Below are positions 12,060 to 24,961 of a stretch of 64,000 bases of DNA, in pieces. Within the stretch, counting starts at the first letter, position 1. Each line of letters begins with the position of its first letter. A program made the position numbers and the translations under genes. The DNA comes from Hypanus sabinus (Eukaryota), in contig NC_082717.1 in NCBI RefSeq assembly GCF_030144855.1, forward strand, positions 3,782,001 through 3,846,000. Direction: 5' to 3'. Under the pieces are notes generated by a model. The model searched no databases and was not told where the DNA came from. It saw nothing but the letters and a program-made list of their open reading frames with translations.

Positions 12060-12720
12060 AATATTGAGTATGTAAAAAAGGTTGAAAGTGCACAGAGAAA
12101 ATTTAAAAGGATGTTGCTGGGTCTGGAGAACCTCAATTATAAGGAAGGATTGAATAGGTTAGGACTGTATTCTTTAGAATGTAGAAGATTGGGAGGAAAT
12201 TTGAGATTGGGAGGAGATATACAAAATTATGAGGGTATATTTAGCGTAAATATAAGCGGGCTTTTTCCACTAGGGTTGGGTACGACTATAACCAGAGGGC
12301 ATGGGTTAAGGGTGAAAGGTGTAAAATTTAAAGTAACATGAGGGGAAACTTCTTCACTCAGAGGGTGGTGAGAATGTGGAGTGAGCTGCCAGCACAAGTG
12401 ATTCATGTGAGCTTGATTTCAACACTTAAGAGAAGTTTGGATAGGTTCATGGACAGTTGTGGTATGAAGGGCTATTGTGCCAGTGTGAGTAATGGGAGTA
12501 GGTAGTTTAAATGGTTTCAGCATCGACTCGATGTGGAAGTTATGTTGATGTTATGATAGAGCTGAGGCTGAGCCAGGTACATGGATAGCGGTGGTATGGA
12601 GGGCTGTTGTCCCGCTGTAGATCGGTGTAGTGTGTCAGAACAGGCAATTTAAATGGTTTCAGCATGGACTAAATGGGTTGAAGGGCCTGTTTCAGAGCTG
12701 TACTTCTCTATGACTGTATG
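12060..12720 (+). mobile_element. CR1 3' end carrying a 132-bp inserted tract (12445-12576)
   Basis: LGLYSLECRRLGG motif and ctatgact tail; the internal tract matches 3221-3352. Confidence 0.85.
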
Positions 12721-12724
12721 ATTG

Positions 12725-13010
12725 TGTGTCTTCTTCACCATAACATCTACATGGCTGGTCCAGGCAAGCAAGCCTCTTGGAATGTGGAACACACCACCAT
12801 CTTCACCTCAGTGCCACTGATTCATATGGGGTTGTACACTCCACTTTCTTCTTTGATGACCAGCTGTTTAGTTTTGTACCCTGAGAGAAGGTTTTTGTCT
12901 TGACCCAATGCCATTGAGCTCTGAACATACTTCCTGTCTTCTGTCTTGTCATTGTCTGAGATCCAGCCCACTACGGTAGTGTCTTCTACAAATTTGTAAC
13001 TGGAGTTCAA
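12725..13010 (-). mobile_element. Rex1/Babar LINE RT fragment
   Basis: KFVEDTTVVGWISDND...KTKQLVI corresponds to the Rex1-type KFADDTTVVGLI...KTKELIV motif. Confidence 0.75.
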
Positions 13011-13039
13011 GCTGAAACTGGCTGCTTTTACTAAAGTAT

Positions 13040-14075
13040 GGTGTCTTTTATGCGTGCTTTTTAATACAAGTTTTTTTTAAAACAAGATTTTATTGAATGA
13101 TGTTGGCCACTTGATTGTGTCTGGATGTAGTCAGATTCAGTTAAATTACTGCGGGGTCCTGTCATGAGCTGGATTTTTTCTGGCTTCTCTTGGAATTTTC
13201 TACATTTATCATCTTGAATGTGTTGATCCTTTATGATGCATTTTTGATAATTTTTGTGAACCACCTGGTCCTGTATTGTCACAAGGAACCCTTCTGTTTC
13301 TGGGAAGACTTCTCCAACTCTGAGCCAGGTGTTCGACACTTCCTTGTCAGCATCTAGTCTGCTCAGTTCCTGGGGATGTTCTCCGCGGAGGGCCATGCTC
13401 TTCCATTTGTTAACTTTTTCTTCTATAGTGATAATTTCTTCATTTTCCTGGGCTGTGCTTTCATTGAAGTTTAGTGAATCAGAATTGCAGATGCTCATGT
13501 GGCATGCTGATTCCTTTTTTCATTGATGGAAATATATCCTCATAAGTTTTATCTGATTGTTGAGTAAACTTTTTATGTCTGTTATTCCTCTTGTCCTCAA
13601 AAGTGTAGATCTAAGCATGTTTGAGTGTACACATTGTTATCAAAATTTGTCATTTTTCTTTATAAGTTTTCCATACTGGTTTCAGACCAAGATATTATGT
13701 CAAAAGAATACATTAATATGGGTATAACAAAAGTGTTTATTGTATTTTTTATATTTTTACTGTTGAGCTCTGCTTGGTAGAGTTTCTTAAGCCTTGAAGT
13801 AAATTTTTTGAAAAACTTCCCTTTATCACACTCTGATTTACTTTCTTTGCTTGTTGATGTATTTATATCCATCCATCAGTTGTATTGTATCCTGCTGCGA
13901 AGTTTTATATTTCATCAGCTCGCTTATAGCTCTCTTTATGTTTAATATTCCATAATTATCTAGTCCAATGTTCATGTTAATAACTTTAGAAATTATTATC
14001 ACTATTATTACTTATTTTCTTTTTTTGTACTTCAATAGTTTGTTGTCTGTTACACACTGGTTGTACACCACATTG
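13040..14075 (-). mobile_element. R4/Dong-type (RLE-class) non-LTR retrotransposon fragment
   Basis: AT-rich. Peptides AELNSKNIKNTINTFVIPILMYSFDIISWS and WL..GEVFPETEGFL..IQDQV...DDKCR resemble the RT-thumb to zinc-knuckle region of R4-clade elements (recognised from recall, not from a search). Confidence 0.7.
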
Positions 14076-14094
14076 GTGGTGTGGTCATTCATTG

Positions 14095-15195
14095 AAACAT
14101 AGAAAACCTATAGCACAATACAGGCCCTTCAACCCACAAAGCTGTGCTGAACATGTCCCTACCTTAGAAATTACTTAGGATTACCTATAACCCTCTATTT
14201 TCCTGAGGTCCATATACCTGTGCAGCAGTCTCTTAAAAGACCCTATTATATCTGCCTCCACCACCTATTCCACCTATTCCACCACTCTCTGCATAGAACG
14301 CATACTCCTGACATCTCCTCTGTACCTAATCCCCAGCACCTTAAACCTGTGCCCTCTTGCACTAGCCATTTCAGCCCTGGGGAAATGCCTCTGACTATCC
14401 ACACGATCAATGGCTCTCATCATCTTATACACAACTTCTCATTCTCCATCGCTCCAAGGAAAAAAAGCTGAGTTCACTCAACCTATTTTCATAAGGCATA
14501 CTCCCTAATCCAGGCAACATCCTTGTAAATCTCCTCTGCACCCTTTCTATGGTTTCCATAGCTGCAACATTACCTCTCGGTTTTTAAACTCAATTCCATG
14601 ACTGATGAAGGCCAATGCATCGTATGTTTTCTCAACCACAGAGTTTACCTGTGCAGTGGCTTTGAGTGTCCTATCGACTCGGACCCACAGATCCCTCTGA
14701 TCCTCCACATTGCCAAGAGGCTTACCATTAATACTATATTCTGCCATCATATTTGACCTACCAAATTGAACCACTTCACACTTATCTGAGTTGAACTCCA
14801 TCTGCCACTTCTCAGCACAGTTTTGCATCCTATCAATGTCCCACTCTAACCTCTGACAGCCCTCCACACTATCCACAACACCTCCAACCTTTGTGTCATC
14901 AGCAAACTTACTAATCCATCCCTCCACTTCTTCATCCAGGTCATTTATAAAAATCACAAAGAGTAGGGGTCCCAGAACAGATCCCTGAGGCACTCCACTA
15001 GTCACCGAACTCCATGCAGAATGTGACCTGTCTACAACCACTCTTTGCCTTCTGTGGACAAGCTGGTTCTGGATCCACAAAGCAATATCCCTTTGGATCC
15101 CATGCCTCCTTACTTTCTCAATAAGCCTTGCATGGGGTACCTTATCAAATGCCTTGCTGAAATCCATATACACTCCATCTACTGCTACTGCATTC
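14095..15195 (-). mobile_element. CR1 LINE 3' half (RT)
   Basis: ORF 14547-15290: [31 protein letters not shown]; catagaaaacct tail. Confidence 0.92.
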
Positions 15196-15278
15196 ATTGA
15201 TTCTATTATGGTTATTGGATTATGCCCCAGGAAAATGAATCTTGGGGTTGTATATGGTGACATGTATGCACTTTGATA

Positions 15279-16790
15279 ACCATATAACAATTACAGCACG
15301 GAAACAGGCCATCTCGGCCCTTCTAGTCCATGCTGAACACTTATTCTCACCTAGTCCCACTGACCTGCATTCAGCCCATAACCCTCCATTTTTTTCCTGT
15401 CCATATACCGATCCAATTTTACTTTAAATGACAATATCAAACCTGTCTCTACCACTTCTATTGGAAGCTCGTTCCACACAGCTACCACTCTCTGAGTAAA
15501 GAAGCTCCCCCTCGAATTACCCCTAAACTTATGTCCCCTAAATCTCAACTCATGTCCTTTTGTTTGAATCTCCCCTACTTTCAATAGAAAAATAGAAAAT
15601 GTCAACTCTATCTATCCCCCTCATTATTTTAAATACCTCAATCAAATCCCCCCTCAACCTTCTACGCTCCAAAGAATAAAGACCTAACTTATTCAGCCTT
15701 TCCCTGTAACTTAGGTGCTGACACCCAGGTAACATTCCAGTAAATCTCCTCTGTACTCTCTCTATTTTGTTGACATCTTTCCTATAATTCGGTGACCAGA
15801 ACTGTACACAATACTCCAAATTTGGCCTTACCAATGCCTTGTACAATTTTAACATTACATCCCAACTCCTATACTCAATGCTCTGATTTATAAAGGCCAG
15901 CATACCAAAAGCTTTCTTCACCACCCTATCCACATGAGATTCCACCTTCAGGGAACTATGCACCATTATTCCTAGATCACTCTGTTCTATTGCATTCCTC
16001 AATGCCCTACCATTTATGTCCTATTTTGATTATTCCTACCAAAATGTAGCACCTCACACTTACCAGCATTAAACTCCATCTGCCATCGTTCAGCCCACTC
16101 TTCTAACTGGCCTAAATCTCTCTGCAAGCCTTGAAAACCTACTTCATTATCCACATCGCCACTTATCTTAGTATCATCAGCATACGTACTAATCCAATTT
16201 ACCACCCCATCATCCAGATCATTAATGTATATGACAAACAACATTGGACCCAGTACAGATCCCTGAGGCACACCACTAGTCACCGGCCTCCAACCTGACA
16301 AACAGTTATCTCCACCACTACTCTCTGGCATCTCCCATCCAACCACTGTTGAATCAATTTTACTACTGCAATATTAATACCTAACGATTGAACCTTCCTA
16401 ACTAACCTTCCGTGTGGAACCTTGTCAAAGGCCTTACTGAAGTCCATATAGACAACATCCACTGCTTTAACCTCATCAACTTTCCTAGTAACTGGTTCAA
16501 AAAATTCAATAAGATTTGTCAAATATGACCTTCCACGCACAAATCCATGTTGACTGTTCCTAATCGGACCCTGTCTATCCAGATAATTATATATACCATC
16601 TCCAAGAATAGTTTCCATTAATTTACATCAAACTTATAGGCCAATAATTGTTAGGTTTACTCTTAGAACCCTTTTTAAACAATGGAACCACATGAACAAT
16701 ATACCAATCCTCCGGCACCATCCCCGTTTCTAATGACATTTGAAATATTTCTGTCAGAGCCCCTGCTATTTCTACACTAAATTCATTTAC
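15279..16790 (-). mobile_element. CR1 LINE 3' half (RT); same subfamily as 24962-27368 and 42417-45800
   Basis: ORFs 15351-16838 carry RT motifs (YADDTK); shared tail ccatataacaattacagcacggaaacaggcc. Confidence 0.92.
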
Positions 16791-17204
16791 TTTGATCTTT
16801 GAACCTTGAACTTTGGGATGATGGTATTGAAGGTGCACCTGTAGTCAGACAGATGTAGATGTCTATTACCAGATGTTCTGGAGAGGGTATTGGCTGTGGA
16901 CTTCTTTTGACGGTAGTTGCAGTGCTTGAGTTTATCTGGGATAGTGGAGCTGATATGTGTAATGACCAGCCTCTACAAGCAGTTCATGATGGTGGATATC
17001 AGAGCCACAGGCTGACACATTACCTTACTTTTCTGAGGTACCAGGATGATTGTGATTTCTTTAAGCAAATTGAAATGTCAGATTGGAGTAGGGCTGAGTT
17101 AAGGACACCTCCTCATATCTACCCCTTGAAGACACCACCTCTCTGGACCATCAGAAAGCAGACTCCAACACCATCATTGACCTCATCAACTCCAAAGAAC
17201 TCTG

Positions 17205-19310
17205 AAGAGTGAGGAGATAATCGATCAGAACTACAGTCACCCTAAGTTGCAGGAGGCAATTAGATGTATGACTGTCAGGAGAAATGGAAATGTGAATACA
17301 AGGGGTGATTGATAAGTTTGTGGCCCAAGGTAGAAGGAGTCAGTTTTAGAAAACCTAGCAAATTTATTTTTCAACATGGTCCCCTCCTACATTTACACAC
17401 TTAGTCCAGCAGTCATGGAGCATACAGATCTTGGACATCAAGAAAGTGTCCACAGCAGGGGTGATTGATAAGTTTGTGGCCTAAGGTAGACGCTCTCATT
17501 ACATGCACATGCAGTTCAACTCTTTGAGTGATAATGCAGAAAGTTTGGTGAATAACTCATCAGGGTGATTGCTATGTTTGTGGCCTAAGGTAGAAAGAGA
17601 TGAGTTATTAACTTCAAACTTTCCGTATAATCACTCAAAGAGTTGAACTGCACGTGTATGCAATGAGAGCTGTACAACTCATCTCCTTCTAGCTTAGGCC
17701 ACAAACTTATCAATCACCCCTGATGTGGACACTTTCTGGAGGTTCAAGATCCGTATGCTCCATGACCGCTGGGCTAAGTGTGTAAATGTAGGAGGGAACT
17801 ACATTGAAAAATAAATGTGCTAGGTTTTCTAAAATTGATTCCTTCTGCATTAGGCCATGAACAATCAACCCTCATAGTCTGTCAGCACAGAGCACCCCTG
17901 TGGCCATTCCCCTCAATAATGCATTCTGTTTTGGATGCTGTTGTGGGAGTTGACCTCCCAGGGGAATGCCATGGAGACCAGGTTACTGACACTGAACATG
18001 GGTCCATGGTGCAGAAGGGAAAGAGGGATGCAGCATTGTTAGGGATAATCAGAGGAGGAACAGACAGGAAATTCTGTGGACGTGCACGGGACTCCTGGAT
18101 GGTATGTTGCCGCCCAGGTGCCAGGGTCAGGGATGTCTGAGGTGGTGTCCATAGCATTCTGGAAGGGGAGGGACAGCTGCCAGATGTCTTGGTACAGATT
18201 GGTACCAATGACAGAGGAAGGAAAAACAGAGGTCCTGGAGATAGAACTTATACAGCAAGGTGGAAAGCTGAGAAGGAGGACATCCAGGCAGTAATTTCTG
18301 GATTGCTACCTGTGCCTCACACCAGTGAGGGTAGAAACAGGATGATCTGGCAGATTAATGCGTGGCTGAGAAGCTGGTGCAGGAGGCAGGGCTTCAGCTT
18401 CTTGGATCATTGGGATTCTGGGATAGGTACAAAAGGGACGGGTTGTACCTGAACCTGAGGGTGACAGAGATTCTTGCATGCAGGTTTGTCAGATCTGTTG
18501 GGGAAGCAGGGGGATGGGAACCAGAGTGAAGGAACCCAGCACAGGTTGGATGGTAAAAACGCAAAGATAGTACAATCAGACTGTCAGGAAGGGCAGGCAT
18601 GTGATAGGACAAAATTGCAGCCAGCAGGGTGAGTATCAGTGCAGAATCAAAAAGGCTAGCAAATACAGTACTCAAAGAGTTATATCTCAATGACGGAGTA
18701 CAAGAAATAAGGTGGATGATCTTGTTGCACTATGACAGATTGTCAGGTATCATGTTTTGGCCATCACTAAATCGTGGCTGAAGGATAGTTGTAGCTGGGA
18801 GCTGAATATCCAAGGTTACACATTGCATTGGAGGGATAGGAAGGGGGTGGGGCATGGCTCTGCTGGTAAAGATGTGACATGGGATCGGAAGATGTTGAAT
18901 CCTTCTGAGTTGGATTAAGAAACTGCAAGGGTAAAAGGACCCCCAAAAAAGTTATATATCGGCCTCCAAGCAGCCACTGGGATGTGGACCACAGTTTACA
19001 TCAGGAAATAGAAAATGCATGTCAAAAAGGCAATGTTATGATAGTCATGGGAGATTTTAACATGCATGGAGTTTGGTAAAATACGATTGGTAATAGATTG
19101 CAAGAGAAGTGAATTTGTTGAATGCCTATGAGATGGCTTTTTAGGGGAATTTGGTGTTAAGCCTACTAGGGGACCAGCTTTTCTGAATTGTGTGTTATAT
19201 AATGAACCAGAGGTGATTCGGGAGCTTAAGGTAAAAGAACCCTTAGGAGTTAGTGATCACAATACGAGTGAGTTCAACTTGAAACTTGATAGGGAGAAAG
19301 AGTACTTTGC
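17205..19310 (+). mobile_element. Degenerate CR1 ORF1 (SGNH esterase) + ORF2 endonuclease, split by a MITE
   Basis: DRKFCG..RDSWMVCCRPGARVRDV, VQIGTND, VISGLLPVP, NAWLRSWCRRQGFSFLDHW. Confidence 0.85.
17299..17874. mobile_element. Tc1/mariner-derived palindromic MITE with TA TSD
   Basis: TA at 17297-17298 and 17875-17876. The two arms (~250 bp each) are imperfect reverse complements. The motif ggggtgattgataagtttgtggcctaaggtag recurs about 5 times. 17755-17814 encodes MLHDRWAKCVNVGGNYIEK*, a mariner transposase C-terminus. Confidence 0.88.
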
Positions 19311-20100
19311 ACTTTGCACTTCAGAAGGACAAACAAAGGTAGAACATACAAGGTAAATGGTAGGACACTGAGGAGTGCAATAGAACAGAGTTATCTGGGA
19401 GTACAGATACATAATTCCCTAAAAGTGGTGTCACAAGTAGATAGGGTTATAAAGAGAGCTTTTGGTACATTGGCCTTTATAAATTAAAGTATTATGCATA
19501 AGAGTTGGAATGTTATGGTGAGGTTGTATAAGACATTGGTGAGGTCGAATTTGGAGTATTGAGAGCAGTTTTGGTCACCTAATTACAGAAAGGACATTGA
19601 TAAGGTTGAAAGAATGCAGAGAAGGTTTACAAGGATGTTGCCGGGACTTGTGAAACAGAGTTACAGAGAAAGGTTGAATAGTTTAGGACTTTATTCCCTG
19701 GAGTGTAGAAGAATGAGGGGAGATTTGATAGAGGTGTATAAAATTATGCTGGATATAGATGGAGTGAATGCAAACAGGCTTTTTCCACTGAGGCCAGGGG
19801 AGGAAAAAAAACAGAAGACATGGGTTAAGGGTGAAGGGGGAAAAGTTTAAAGGGAACATTAGGGAGGTAGTTTCTATACACAAAGACTGGGGGGAGTGTG
19901 GAATAAGCTGCCAGATGAAGTGGTAAATGTGGGCTCACTTTTAACATTTAAGAAAAACTTGGACAGGTAGATGGATGAGAGGGGTATTGAGGGATATGGT
20001 CCATGTACAGGTCAGTGGGACTAGGCAGAAAAACGGTTTGACACAGCCAAGAAGGGCCGAAGGGCCTGCTTCTGTGTTGTAATGTTTATGGTTCCATGGT
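19310..20100 (+). mobile_element. CR1 3' fragment
   Basis: QRRFTRMLPGL..ERLNSLGLYSLECRRMRGDLIEVYKI; tail at ~20040-20100. Confidence 0.88.
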
Positions 20101-20104
20101 TCTA

Positions 20105-22310
20105 AGTAAAGTCTGATGTAGCAGCATTTCAGTGGAGTGATTGAAATAACATGGTGTGAGAGAGGAGTTGGCCAAAGTAAATTGGAAGGGAACACTGGCA
20201 GGGATGCCAATGGCAGAGCAGCAATGGCTTGAGTTTCTGGGTAAAATAAGGAAGTTGTAGGATAGATGTATTCCAAAAACCAAAAAAAACCTCAAATGGC
20301 AGAATAGCACAACCGTGGCTGACAAGGGAAGTCAAAGCTAATGTAAAAACAAAAGAGAGGGCATACAATAAAGCAAAAATTTGCCGGAAGACTGGAAAGC
20401 TTTTGAAAACCTATAGAAAGCAACTAAAAGAATCATTAGGAGGGAAAAGATGAAATATGAAAGCAAGCTAGCAAACAATATCAAGGTGTATAGAAAAAGG
20501 TTTTTCAGGTATATAAAATGGAGTTGAGAGTGGATATATGACCACTAGAAAATGAGGCTGGAAAAATAATAATGTGGGACAAGGATATGGCAGATGAACT
20601 AAATGAGTACTTTGCATCAGTCTTCACTGTGGGAGACTCTAGCAGTGTGCCAGATGTTGAAGGGTGTGACGGAAAAGAAGTGGGTGCAGTTACTATTACA
20701 AGAGAGAAGATTCTCAAAAAACTGAAAGACCTAAAGGTACATAAATCACCTAAACCAGATGAACTGCACCCTAGGGTTCTGAAAGAGGAAGCGGTAGAGA
20801 TTATGGTGGCATTAGTAATGATCTTTCAAGAATCATTGGACTCTTGCATGGTTCTGGAGAACTGGAAAATTGCAAATGTCCCTCCACTCTTTACAAAAGG
20901 AGAGAGGCAGCAGAAAGGAAATTATAGACCAGTGAGCCTGACCTCAGTGGTTGGGAGTCAATTGTTAAGGATGAGGTGATGGAGTACTTTGTGACACAGG
21001 ACAAGATAGGACAAAGTCAGCTTGTTTTCCTTCAGGGAAAATTTTGCTTAACAAACTTTTTGGAATTCTTTGAGGAGATTACAAGTTAAAGTGGATGCAG
21101 AGGATGTTGTTTATTTGGACTTCCAGAAGGCCTTTGACAAGGTGCCACACTTGGCTTACCAAGTTAAGAGCCCATGGTATTACAGGAAAGTTACTAACAT
21201 GGTTAGAGCATTGGCTGATTGGTAGGAGATAGTGAGTGGGAATAAAAGGATCCTTTCAGTTGGCTGCCAGTGACTGGTGGTATTCCGCAGGGGTTGGTGT
21301 TGGGACCACTTCTTCTTATGCTGTATATAAATGGTTTAGAGCATGGAATAGTTAGCTTTGTTGCCGAAATTACAGATGATACAAAAATTTGTGGAGGGGT
21401 AGGAAGTGAGGAAAAAACAGGAAAGCTGCAGAAGGACTTAGACAGATTAGGAGAATGGGCAAAGAGTGTGGCAAATGAAACATAATATTGGAAAATGCAT
21501 GCACTTTGGTATTGGAAATAAGTGTGCAGACTATTTTCAAAACAGGAAGAAAATCCAAAAATCTCAGATGCAAAGGAACATGGGAGTCCTTATACAGAAC
21601 ACCCTGAAGATTAACTTGCATGTTGAGTCGGTGGTGAGGAAGGCAAATGGAATGTGAGCATTCATTTCAAGAGGTCTAGAATACAAAGGCAGGGATGTGA
21701 TGCTGAGGCTTTGCAAGGCAGTGGTGAGGCCTCACCTTGAGTATTGTGAACTGTTTCAGGACCCTCATCTGAGAAAAGGTGTGCCCATATTGGAGAGGGT
21801 TCAGAGGAAATTCACAAGGATGATTCTGGAAATGACAGTGATATCAGACAAGTAACATTTGATGGCTCTGGGTCTATACTCACTGGAATTTAGGAGGATG
21901 GGGGTGAGGGATCTAATTGAAACCTTTTGAATGTTGAAAGGCCTAGACAGAGTAGATGTGGAAAGGATGTTTCCCATGGTGGGAGGGTCAAAGAGAAGAG
22001 GGCTCAGCCTCAGGATAGAGGGGCATCCATTTAAAACAGAGATGTGGAGAAATTTCTTTAGCCAGAGAGTGTTGTATTTGTGATATTTGTTACCATGGGC
22101 AGCTGCGGAGGCCGAGTTGTTGGGTGTATTTAAGTCGGAGATTGATAGGTTTTTGATTGGCCATGGCATCAAAGATTGCAGGGAGAAGGCTGGGGATTGG
22201 GGATGAGGAAGTGGAAAAAAGGATCAGTCATGATTGAATAGCAGAGCAGACTCGATGGGACAAATGGCTTAATTCTGCTGCAATGTTTTACGGTCTTATG
22301 GTCTTATGAT
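20105..22310 (+). mobile_element. Degenerate CR1 ORF2
   Basis: ELNEYFASVFTV, GNYRPVSLTSVVG, DFQKAFDKVPH, DDTKI; ggtcttatg tail. Confidence 0.9.
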
Positions 22311-23640
22311 CTACATCTGGGACACTTGTCATGCCCGTGATCTCATCAGCATCTTTCAATTCCCTGGCCCCAACAGCCTCATTTTCACCATGGACGTTTA
22401 ATCCCTATACACTACTATCCCTAATCATGAAGGCCTCAAAATCTCTGCTTCTTTCTTGACTAATGAATCAACCAATTTCCCTCTGTAATCACCCTCCTCC
22501 ATCTGGCAGAACTGTTTCTGACCCTCAATAATTTTTCCTTTGGCTCCTCCCACTTTCTCCAAACTCAAAGGGTATCCTTGGGCACCTGTATGGGCCTCAG
22601 GTATGCCTTCTTTGGTTCCATAAAACAGTGCCTGTTCTGATCGTTCCCTGGTAATACACCCCAGTGACAAATGTACTGGTGCTGCCTCATGCACCAATGC
22701 TGAGCCATTTGATTTCTATCAATGTTGCCTCTAACTTCCATCTTGCCCTTAAAGTCCCCTCCCTTTCTCAATCTCTCTGTCATATCTCCGGAGGCAAAAT
22801 GTTATAAACCTACTGATTTCTATGGTTATCTTGACTGCACTATCTCCTGTTAAAATGCTATTCCCTTTCCCCAAGATGTGGCTTTCTGCTTCAGGACATT
22901 AGAGATGTTCTCCTTCTTCAAAGAACTGCATTTCCCTCCCTCCACCATTGATGCTGCCCTCACCCATGCTCCTCACATCTTCCCACCACCTTAACAGTGA
23001 CAGAGGCTGGATGGAAGCTGATGTCTCTACAAGTGGACCAAGTGTTACACCTCCCCATTCACCTGCTCCCTCATCTCCATGTAGTACCCCAATCAGTTCT
23101 TCCAGGTGAAGCAAATCTGCTGGAGTTATCTGTTGTGTCTCGAAGCTGTCTCCTCTACATTGGTGAGACCCATCGTCAACTGGGGGACCGCTTCGTCAAA
23201 CACTTCTGCTCCATCCAACAACAGTGGAACTTCCCATTTTAATGCTGATTCCTGTTCCCATTCCAATGTCAGTTCATGGCTTCCTCTTGTGCCAAGATGA
23301 GGCCACTCTCAGGGTGGAGGAGACACACCCTATATTCCATCTGGGTGACCTCCAACCTGATGGCATGAACATTGATTTCTCCTTCTGGTAATTCTTTCCT
23401 GCCTCTCTCCTCTCATCCTCTATTCCCCACTCTGGCGACTTACATCTTCTCACCTGCTTATCACTTCTCCCTGGGTCCCCTCTTCCTTCCCTTTCTTCTG
23501 TGGTCCATTCCCCTCTCATATTAGATTTCTTCTTCTCCAGCCCTATACCTTTCTCACCCACCTAACTTCACCTATAACCTTCATTTTTATAGATGCTGCC
23601 TAACCTGCTGAGTTCCTCCTGCATTTTGCATGTGTTGCTT
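22311..23640 (+). mobile_element. Penelope-like element (RT + GIY-YIG), degenerate
   Basis: DVxSLYTxIP-like start, MGTxMGP, FYxCCxxLPLKV; GIY-YIG region CLLYIGETHRQLGDRFVKH; pyrimidine-rich tail followed by gatgctgcctaacctgctgagttcc. Confidence 0.85.
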
Positions 23641-23642
23641 AG

Positions 23643-24050
23643 TTAAAGATGCCTAAATGGACCCATGCCAGATCTAATTATCTGCCTCAATCTCCTGTAA
23701 GTACCATTATGCCTTCTTGAGGAGGTGCTGTGGGTCCAGGTTAGATTGTCCATCATATGTGCATTAAGAAACTTTCTGCTCTTCATCCTCTCCGCAATAG
23801 AGCCATTGATGTGCAGTGGAGAGTGGTCTTCCTGCGCCCTTCTGAAGTCCACAGTCACCTCTTTTGTCTTGTTCACATTGAGACTCAAGTTGTTGTTCTC
23901 ACGCCTCTCCAGCTCCTCTTGGTATGCCAACTCATCATTGTTGCTAATGAGGCCAACCACTGTAGTATCATCAGCGAACTTGATGATATGGTTTGAGCTG
24001 GATCTGGCAGTGCAGTCGTGAATCAGCAGAGTCACATACGCCACATGTCC
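23643..24050 (-). mobile_element. Rex1/Babar LINE RT fragment
   Basis: ORF 23643-24044: THDCxARSSSNHIIKFADDTTVVGLISNND...NNLSLNVNKTKEVTVDFRR. Confidence 0.9.
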
Positions 24051-24961
24051 CTGGTGTCACAAAGGCGTCTGTGGATTTTCTGTGCCTTCCTTACTGCATG
24101 TCAGAATCTGACGGTAAAATACCTCTGTAACAATGCATGAAACCCAGGAACTGGAGGGGGCCATTCAATCTGTTGAGTCTGCTGTGCCATTTAGAAAGGT
24201 CAGGGCTGATCATCCAAGTTAAGAAACTGTTCCATCTTTAGGGTCATAGAGAACTACAGCACAGAAACAGGTCTTTCAGCCCATCTAGCCCATGCCAAAA
24301 TATTATTCTGCCTAGATTCGCTACCCTCTGGGCAAAGAAATTCCTTCTCATCTCTGTTCTAAAGGGACATCCCTCTATTCTGAGTCTGCGCCCTCTGCTC
24401 CGAGATGCAACCCCTGAGTCAACGGAGCTCAGGCTGGATGCAGTTTTTCAATTGGAAATGTAGATGATGAATTTACCCCAGAGTCAAGCGAACTGAGTCT
24501 GGATGCAGGGTTTCAACCTGAAGTGTAGACAATTTCCCCACGCATGCTGCTCAATCACTGAGTTCATCCAGAAAATTGTTTCGTCACTGCAGATAACCAG
24601 CACCTGCGGTCTGTCCTTTCTTAATGAATCCGAAAGTGTGGAAGTCTTGGACCAGAGGGCAGAGCCTCAGATTAGTCAGATGTAAGCTTAGAACAGACAT
24701 GTTGAGGGATTCCTTTAGCCAGAGGTTGGTGAATCTGTGAAATTCATTGCCACAGATGGCTGTACAGATCAAAGCAGAGGTTGATAGGCTCTTTGATAAG
24801 GTCATCAAAGGTTACGGGGAGAAGGCAGGAGAATAGGGTTGAGAGGGATAATAAATGAGCCAAAATGGATTGACGGAGCAGACTCACTGGACCCAATGAC
24901 CTAATCAGCTCCTATGTCTTATGGTCTGCTTAATAGCCAGATGACAAATGCCATTGGTCAA

